Below are positions 42,470-42,526 of a stretch of DNA of 42,526 nucleotides, in pieces; the first letter of the stretch is position 1, and every line of letters begins with the position of its first letter. Source of the DNA: a virus; the UHGV virus genome UHGV-0239872; one strand, 5' to 3'. Under the pieces are notes generated by a model. The model did no database searches and had not been told where the DNA came from. It worked only from the letters and a program-made list of their open reading frames with translations. The position numbers were made by a program, and so were the translations under genes.

Positions 42470-42526
42470 GTGCTGACCTAAGATTTCAATCTGGTCAATG
42501 ACGACCAGCCCTTCCTGACCATCGGG

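Noticed and set aside
1-42526. tRNA genes, CRISPR arrays, integrase or attachment sites.
   Set aside because: No cloverleaf-like candidates, no repeat-spacer arrays and no tyrosine or serine recombinase were recognised. This is consistent with a strictly lytic T7-like phage. Covariance-model tRNA detection was not possible by eye.

Overview
This window looks like a near-complete genome of a T7-like podovirus (Autographiviridae). Almost all genes are on the minus strand, transcribed from high to low coordinates. The gene order resembles phiKMV-type phages rather than T7, because the single-subunit RNA polymerase follows the DNA-metabolism genes and directly precedes the structural block. Reading in the direction of transcription from the top of the window, about 15 small early or middle genes come first (42469 down to 39850), and the DNA-metabolism block follows, with primase, DnaB-like helicase, a Pol beta-type nucleotidyltransferase, family-A DNA polymerase, FEN-like 5'-3' exonuclease, endonuclease VII, an HTH-metallophosphoesterase, a HAD phosphatase, a Gp49/dNTP-diphosphohydrolase-like protein and a DnaJ-type zinc-finger protein. 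Next are the T7-like RNAP (26370..28799), an HNH-AP2 homing endonuclease, a GNAT-like protein and the structural block (portal, P/Q-rich scaffold, capsid, tail tube A and B, three internal virion proteins, a beta-helix tailspike with a T7 gp17-like N-terminus, small and large terminase). A non-canonical lysis region ends with a GH108/PG_binding_3 endolysin (4778..5314). Positions 3215-4777 form a non-coding control and terminus-like region. It contains a T-depleted CA/GCA-rich short-repeat tract (about 4200-4660), an AT-rich island with an SP6/T7-like CACTATAG promoter core, and four tandem sigma70 promoters with extended -10 elements (3688-4036, minus strand) that drive an array of small very acidic early proteins (84-3214). 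Each acidic early gene is preceded by a perfect hairpin plus a conserved GGCAnnnnTGCC box. I see no tRNA, CRISPR array or integrase. Long plus-strand ORFs are antisense artefacts of GC-rich coding sequence. All protein family calls are made by eye from motifs and have not been checked by database search.
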